A stretch of DNA of 64,000 nt, taken from assembly GCF_009914755.1 (NCBI RefSeq), contig NC_060932.1, one strand, 5' to 3'. The first letter of the stretch is position 1. Each line of letters starts with the position of its first letter. Origin of the DNA: the human T2T-CHM13v2.0 reference genome, Homo sapiens. The notes beneath the pieces were generated by a model that was not told the DNA's origin, did not search any database, and worked only from the letters and a program-made list of their open reading frames with translations. Shown here in pieces: positions 60,316 through 64,000 of the stretch. Made by a program: the position numbers and the translations under genes.

Positions 60316-61339
60316 TTTTCTCACATTCTTGACTGTGACAAGCAGATTAAACTGATAAAAACAGAAACTTCTGCACAAAATAATAAAAAGAAAAACTCAC
60401 ATAAATGAAAAGACAAAACCAAGCAAAGCTGGGAAAAAAATGAATCTAAATGAGCACAGAAAGGAAAAAACAGCTCTGAGCGCACGGACCCCACAGATCC
60501 ACTAGACACCAGCGATAAAGAGAAGGCCCTGCAACCAGTCCTCGCTCCGGTGAGCCCGCGGCCCGCGCTGCCGTGTGCTGCTGGAGAGGGGACAGGAAGC
60601 GAGGCACAGGCCGGCAGGAGGCAGCTTCCTCCCTGGCTGGTCAGTGGAGGGCTGGGAGCACCCGTGTCAGGGGTGCTGCAGGGCAGGGAGCACACAGCCC
60701 AGGGCGCCCCTCCAGTGGGATGGCTCGCAGACACAGTCAACAGCTGGAAGGGCAGGGGCTGCAGAAAGTCCCAGGGAGTAGGAACCAGGCCAGGAGACAG
60801 AACTCGTGGGTCATCAGGTGGCACAGAACGCAATTAAGAGGCAGGACTGCCAGGCCCAAGGCAGGGAGGCTGGAGATGGGGTGGGCCCTGGGGTGAGGCT
60901 GGCCCACCAAGCTCGTGCCAGAGCAGGTGGACCCAGAAAGAGGGGTCACTGTAGCAGGGACGCAAAGGGTGGGGAAGGGATGCCTGCCCTCAAACCACAC
61001 AAACACAAAAATAAATCAAACCCACTGGCCCCAAGCAGGCTACTAGCAACAGCTGTGGGCCCTGCCGTGGCCCACAGATACCCCAGGGAAGGAAGAGGGA
61101 GGTACAGCACCCACCCCATCTTCTTGGGCCCTGTCCCTGTCCTCATCCCTATCCTCTGACCACCCCCCAGACACAGAGTACCCTTCTTCACCTTCACTCC
61201 TGAGCTCCTCATGCCAACAGTCAGGGGAGGAGCTGCAAAGGGCACAGCCAGACCCTGCTCCTTGAGTGCACCTCACAAAACACCAGGACTCCTGACCCCA
61301 GAAACACAGACAGCAAATGCTCGTTGTTGAAAGGCACTA

Positions 61340-62760
<1,421 letters not shown>

Positions 62761-64000
62761 GCATTTATCCTTTGACCTAGAAATTCTCTTGGAATTTGCC
62801 CCAAGAATGGTGTGCACATGTGAGAAACAGCATGTTACTGTCAGGTCAACTGTAAGAGCAAAAGCCTGCAACTGCCCACCCACTGGAGCTGTTGAGGCCG
62901 AGCTGCCAGGCACTCTACGGGCACCAAGCACTGTACAAACCAGAGCCATGGCCTCCCTGACAGAACCATCCTGAGACAGCGCACGGCTGCCCCTTCTCTT
63001 AAGAAACCACCATTCAAAAACTCTGTGCGAGTTTGGATATGTCTAGAACATCCTGGAAAGAGACTTCAGCACTGGAAACAGTAGTTGCCTGGATGCAGCA
63101 ACAGGAGCCAGGAGGGAAGGGTAGGAGACTCGTTCCCTGGCACACCCCTCAGGAGCACCTGAGCATCCAAAGGTGCCCTAGAACACCACGTGCAGCTGCT
63201 CACTGAATGCCACGTAATTCTACACAGTCCTTAGAAAGGAGGCAGGGTCGTGTGCATGTCAATGCTAAAGGCCTGAGGGCAGAAAGCCAGAGGGAAGCCT
63301 GTGGCCCGGCCCTGCAGCCAGAAGCACGCCCACCCTGGGTCCACCCAGGCAGGTCCGGAGCCCTTGGCAGGTCGCGAGGTCTCCACAGGGGCCGCCAGCA
63401 GCTGACCCCCAGCAGTCACCGGGCTCCCCGCTACAAGGGCCTCCCACTGTGGGGCTCTCCGCAGGACGCCCCGGGCCGGTCTGGGTTGGTTTGGGGCACA
63501 CACTTGGAATCAGATTTATGGAGGAGGCTCTCTGAAGGTGACCCATCAGCCACATCGCTGCCAGGATGGCAGAGATGAACAAAAGCCGCAGCTCCCTCCC
63601 ATGCCAGTCACACAGCCCCTTCTTCACAGCACCATCGGGGCCGGGTATACCCACCAAGGGCTAGGCGGCCTGGGGAGTGAGGCCCTCGCCCTGCCTGACT
63701 TCGTGTGTCCCTGAGGTGTCCGTGACATGACACATGCATGCTGCCTGATGCCCAGCCCCATCCCGCCACTGTTCCAGTCTGATGTGATGCTGTGGCTGGG
63801 ATGTCCTTCAGACGCACGAGGCAGAGGCCACAGGGGCCACGTCTTGCCAACCACTGTGGAGGAAACAGCGACAGGAGGGAGTGGGGGGACAGGCAGAAGC
63901 ACGTGGCAGAAGAGAAATTAGCAAAAACATCATCTCGTCCTTCAGGGGCTGCCAGGCAGACATTACCCTCACTTACCAAGTAACCCACCGAGGCCCATGA

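Overview
This is human (hominid) genomic DNA, GC-rich and Alu/SVA-bearing, which I recognise from the spliced proteins as the MROH1-BOP1-SCX locus (8q24.3). On the + strand are the last 31 coding exons of MROH1 (622-40510, 1236 aa in the window, frames close across all splices). On the - strand are exons 3-16 of BOP1 (55106-40934, 643 aa), ending tail-to-tail with MROH1. The complete two-exon scleraxis gene SCX (45417-46945, 201 aa) is nested antisense in BOP1 intron 3. The mirtron MIR7112 lies at the 3' end of BOP1 intron 13. The first MROH1 intron (745-17529) is a dense stack of Alu, L1, Tigger1, SVA and a 36-bp VNTR. I found no new protein-coding system. The most interesting signals are: an array of duplicated 5' splice sites overlapping the mirtron, an SVA carrying a probable 3' transduction, a U12 minor intron, a microexon, a candidate poison exon, a duplicated donor, in-frame uORFs upstream of SCX, and an Alu-free region around SCX with candidate enhancers. 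Repeat boundaries and subfamily calls were made by eye and are approximate.
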